From positions 1 through 39,508 of IMG/VR virus record IMGVR_UViG_3300017913_001954: a stretch of 39,508 nucleotides of DNA; one strand, written 5' to 3'. Every line of letters begins with the position of its first letter. Positions within the stretch are counted from its first letter, which is position 1. The translations under genes were made by a program, and so were the position numbers. Under the pieces are notes generated by a model that was not told where the DNA came from, ran no database searches, and saw only the letters and a list, made by a program, of their open reading frames with translations. The DNA comes from a virus. Its lineage: Duplodnaviria > Caudoviricetes. Below are positions 37,260 through 39,508 of this stretch, piece by piece.

Positions 37260-39074
37260 ATGTCAGAAAAGAAACCTGTTTGGATTGCCGGTATTGCTAG
37301 AGGACACAATGCTGGTGTTTGTTTACTTAAAGATGGAGAGATTGTTTTTTCAATTGAAGAAGAAAGATTATCCAGACAAAAGTATGATGGCGGCCCGCTA
37401 GCCTCTATGGTTAAAATTTTAGATTACACAGATAAACTAGATTACCTTGTAGTTGCACATACACAAAGTTTAAAAGAAACTGCGCCGAGAGTTGATTACA
37501 CAGGCGATGATATCTATACCGGACTTGCACGTAAACTAGGATTGATTAATAGAAAAGATAATCCTTATGAACACAGTCAGGTAATTGATTTAAGTTTTGT
37601 ACACCACAAGTTACATGCGGCATGTGCTTTTTATCGTTCAGGATTTAAAGAAGCAGTAGGTGTTATTGTAGATGGTGCTGGAACATTTGTTCCTCTAAAC
37701 TATGGAGGAGAAACTGTAGTTGGTTATGAAACTGAAACTATTTTCAGTTGCAATTACCCTGCTGATTTCAAAACTTTGTTTAAACATTTAGGTGTACGTG
37801 AAGGAAAAATTCACAGCATTAACCCTAAGTTTGATAGTTCAATGTATAACGAAGACGGTACCCACGAATGTCATATCACAGATACTGCAGGTATTACAAA
37901 AGTATATGAGGCAGTGACAGAGTTTTGTGGATTTAGTTCTATTGAAGCAGGTAAGACCATGGGATTATTTCCATATGGTAAACCCAATGATAAAATTCCG
38001 CAGTTGTTTATGAACGACGGTAAACGTCCTACGTCTAACAGAAATGCAATTATTCCTAATTATCCAAACGGTGCATTTGTAAACTTGTTTGCTTATAGCG
38101 AACTTGAAGATTCAGAAAATTCGAGGCAGGAAAACGTTGATCTTACAACACTGCCAAGTAGGAGAGATCTTGCTTATGCATGTCAAACACAGACACAAGA
38201 ACAAGTTACAAACCTGATTAGAAAAGCAGTTGAAATGACAGGTCAAAAAAATGTTGTTGTATCAGGCGGTTATGGTTTGAACTGCGTAGCAAACTATCAT
38301 TATCTTGAAGCGTTAAAAGATGAAGGTATTAACTTATATGTTGAGCCTGTGTCCAATGATGCTGGAACAGCAATGGGTGCGGCTTTATATGTGCATAGAA
38401 ACCTAACACAAGACACAACTGTAAACAATGATATTAAAGAAACTTTATATCTCGGTCCTAAGTATGATATTTCAATGGACGATATTAAAAAACTTGCAGA
38501 AGAATACGATGCAGAAGTTACAGAAACAACCAGTGAAGCAGTTGCAAACTTAATTGCTGATAGAAACATTGTTTCGTTATTCCAAGGACGCAGTGAAAAC
38601 GGTCCTAGAGCATTAGGTAACAGAAGTATTTTATATGATCCAAGAGATCCAGACGGTAAAGACTTTGTAAACAACGTCAAACACAGAGAATATTTCCGTC
38701 CATTTGCAGGCAGTGTATTACAAGATGATGTGCATGACTGGTTTGACCTACGTGGCATGGAAGAATCACCTAGCATGATGTATGCTGTTAATGTAAAAGC
38801 CGGCAAAGAAACACAAATTCCTTGTATTATTCATGTTGATGGTACATGTAGAATTCAATCAGTAACCCAAGAAACTAACCCACACTACTATGAATTAATT
38901 AAACACTTTAAAGATATTACACAAATTCCAATGGTGTTTAATACAAGTTTCAACTTAGGAGGAGATCCTTTGGTGGAAACCTTGGAAGATGCATTTGAAA
39001 CTCTCAAACGCAGTAAAATAGAATATCTATATCTTCCAGAAACAGGCGCACTAGTAAAAATCGCTAACGAATAA
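37260..39074 (+). CDS. O-carbamoyltransferase, NodU/CmcH/TobZ family
   Basis: HNAG, EEERLSRQK, HH-LHA-CAFY-S, DGAG, GKTMGL-PYG, SGG-GLNC-AN, ND-G-A-GAA, GR-E-GPRALGNRS, KHRE-FRPFA, HVDGTCRIQ and NTSFN..G-PLVET are all present. Confidence 0.95.
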   Translation: MSEKKPVWIAGIARGHNAGVCLLKDGEIVFSIEEERLSRQKYDGGPLASMVKILDYTDKLDYLVVAHTQSLKETAPRVDYTGDDIYTGLARKLGLINRKDNPYEHSQVIDLSFVHHKLHAACAFYRSGFKEAVGVIVDGAGTFVPLNYGGETVVGYETETIFSCNYPADFKTLFKHLGVREGKIHSINPKFDSSMYNEDGTHECHITDTAGITKVYEAVTEFCGFSSIEAGKTMGLFPYGKPNDKIPQLFMNDGKRPTSNRNAIIPNYPNGAFVNLFAYSELEDSENSRQENVDLTTLPSRRDLAYACQTQTQEQVTNLIRKAVEMTGQKNVVVSGGYGLNCVANYHYLEALKDEGINLYVEPVSNDAGTAMGAALYVHRNLTQDTTVNNDIKETLYLGPKYDISMDDIKKLAEEYDAEVTETTSEAVANLIADRNIVSLFQGRSENGPRALGNRSILYDPRDPDGKDFVNNVKHREYFRPFAGSVLQDDVHDWFDLRGMEESPSMMYAVNVKAGKETQIPCIIHVDGTCRIQSVTQETNPHYYELIKHFKDITQIPMVFNTSFNLGGDPLVETLEDAFETLKRSKIEYLYLPETGALVKIANE

Positions 39075-39077
39075 ATA
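39072..39077 (+). promoter_or_regulatory. Late-promoter-like TAAATA, 5 nt before ATG 39083
   Basis: AATAAATAtatacATG, no SD. Confidence 0.6.
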
Positions 39078-39082
39078 TATAC

Positions 39083-39508
39083 ATGATTGATTGGTTAAGA
39101 GATTTTTTTAGTAAGGGTGATAAAAACACCATTAATATGCGTCAGGGCGCCAACTTTTCCTACAGTGGTCCTTGGGTCAAGTTGGTGCCACTTCCTTCTA
39201 CCACAAAATTAGATGAATTTTTCTTAGGTCAGTTCGCGGCGGCTGAATACACTATTGTTGCAGATTATGATTTCAATAACAGAGAAACTGTAAAGTGTTT
39301 GGTAACAGCAGGGCAAAACGAAGCAGATGTTACAATCTATGGTAGATCAAATCTAGGCCAACGCATTATTGATATTGACGTTGAAGTCAACAATTCAAGT
39401 GTTAAAGTAAGCGTAAAACCACAAAATGACGATAGTACTGACATGAGCGGTGCTAAAGTATTCTTTGCGGCAACCTATTTTAAAGCAGTAAATCCGCCTA
39501 CAGCATAA
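39083..39508 (+). CDS. Hypothetical beta-rich protein (141 aa), possibly structural
   Basis: Complete ORF ending with TAA at the window edge. Confidence 0.75.
   Translation: MIDWLRDFFSKGDKNTINMRQGANFSYSGPWVKLVPLPSTTKLDEFFLGQFAAAEYTIVADYDFNNRETVKCLVTAGQNEADVTIYGRSNLGQRIIDIDVEVNNSSVKVSVKPQNDDSTDMSGAKVFFAATYFKAVNPPTA

Noticed and set aside
2091-38806. Numerous minus-strand and off-frame ORFs of 60-230 aa nested in large genes (for example 7415..7876, 14729..15424, 29759..30232, 38300..38806)
   Set aside because: They are shadows of biased plus-strand codon usage, with S/P/V-rich low-information translations and no RBS or promoter.
31876-39074. RiPP or metallothionein cluster (Cys-rich precursors plus modifying enzymes)
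   Set aside because: The proteins are ~285 aa with a fibre-type Gly scaffold. There is no leader/core layout, radical SAM or YcaO enzyme, protease or transporter.
1-39508. Host assignment (for example cyanophage, from the phycobiliprotein-like motif)
   Set aside because: There are no host-diagnostic genes in the window, and a short motif resemblance is not enough.

Overview
This window is the late (virion morphogenesis) region of a large, AT-rich T4-like tailed phage. There are no cellular housekeeping genes, RNA genes, CRISPR arrays or mobile elements. From left to right it contains: a truncated hypothetical gene; a minus-strand gp26-like hub/tail-assembly gene with a small downstream ORF missing from the ORF track; a tape-measure-like gene; the head cluster (portal gp20, small ORF, Maf/DUF115-like transferase, acidic core protein, protease gp21, scaffold gp22, major capsid gp23); about 23 kb of fibre/baseplate-type genes, including two ~2170-aa paralogues; three paralogous Cys/Gly-rich adhesin-like genes; two tail-fibre-chaperone-like paralogues; a GT9-like glycosyltransferase; a NodU/CmcH carbamoyltransferase; and a hypothetical gene. 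A T4 late-promoter-like TAAATA box precedes most transcription units. The most notable observations are: (1) a candidate -1 ribosomal frameshift fusing the gp26-like ORF to the hidden ORF next to the tape measure gene; (2) a candidate virion glycosylation/carbamoylation system, with recurrent D-S-[S/T] loops in the fibre proteins as possible acceptor sites; (3) phycobiliprotein-like K-C-x-R-D...GG repeats and a cupredoxin-like His/Cys/His/Met site inside the giant virion proteins; (4) two structured 5' leaders and two anti-Shine-Dalgarno elements that a late promoter would bypass; (5) probable leaderless late mRNAs; (6) apparent systematic avoidance of AGCT and GCWGC. All family assignments come from recognising motifs by eye. 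No searches were run.
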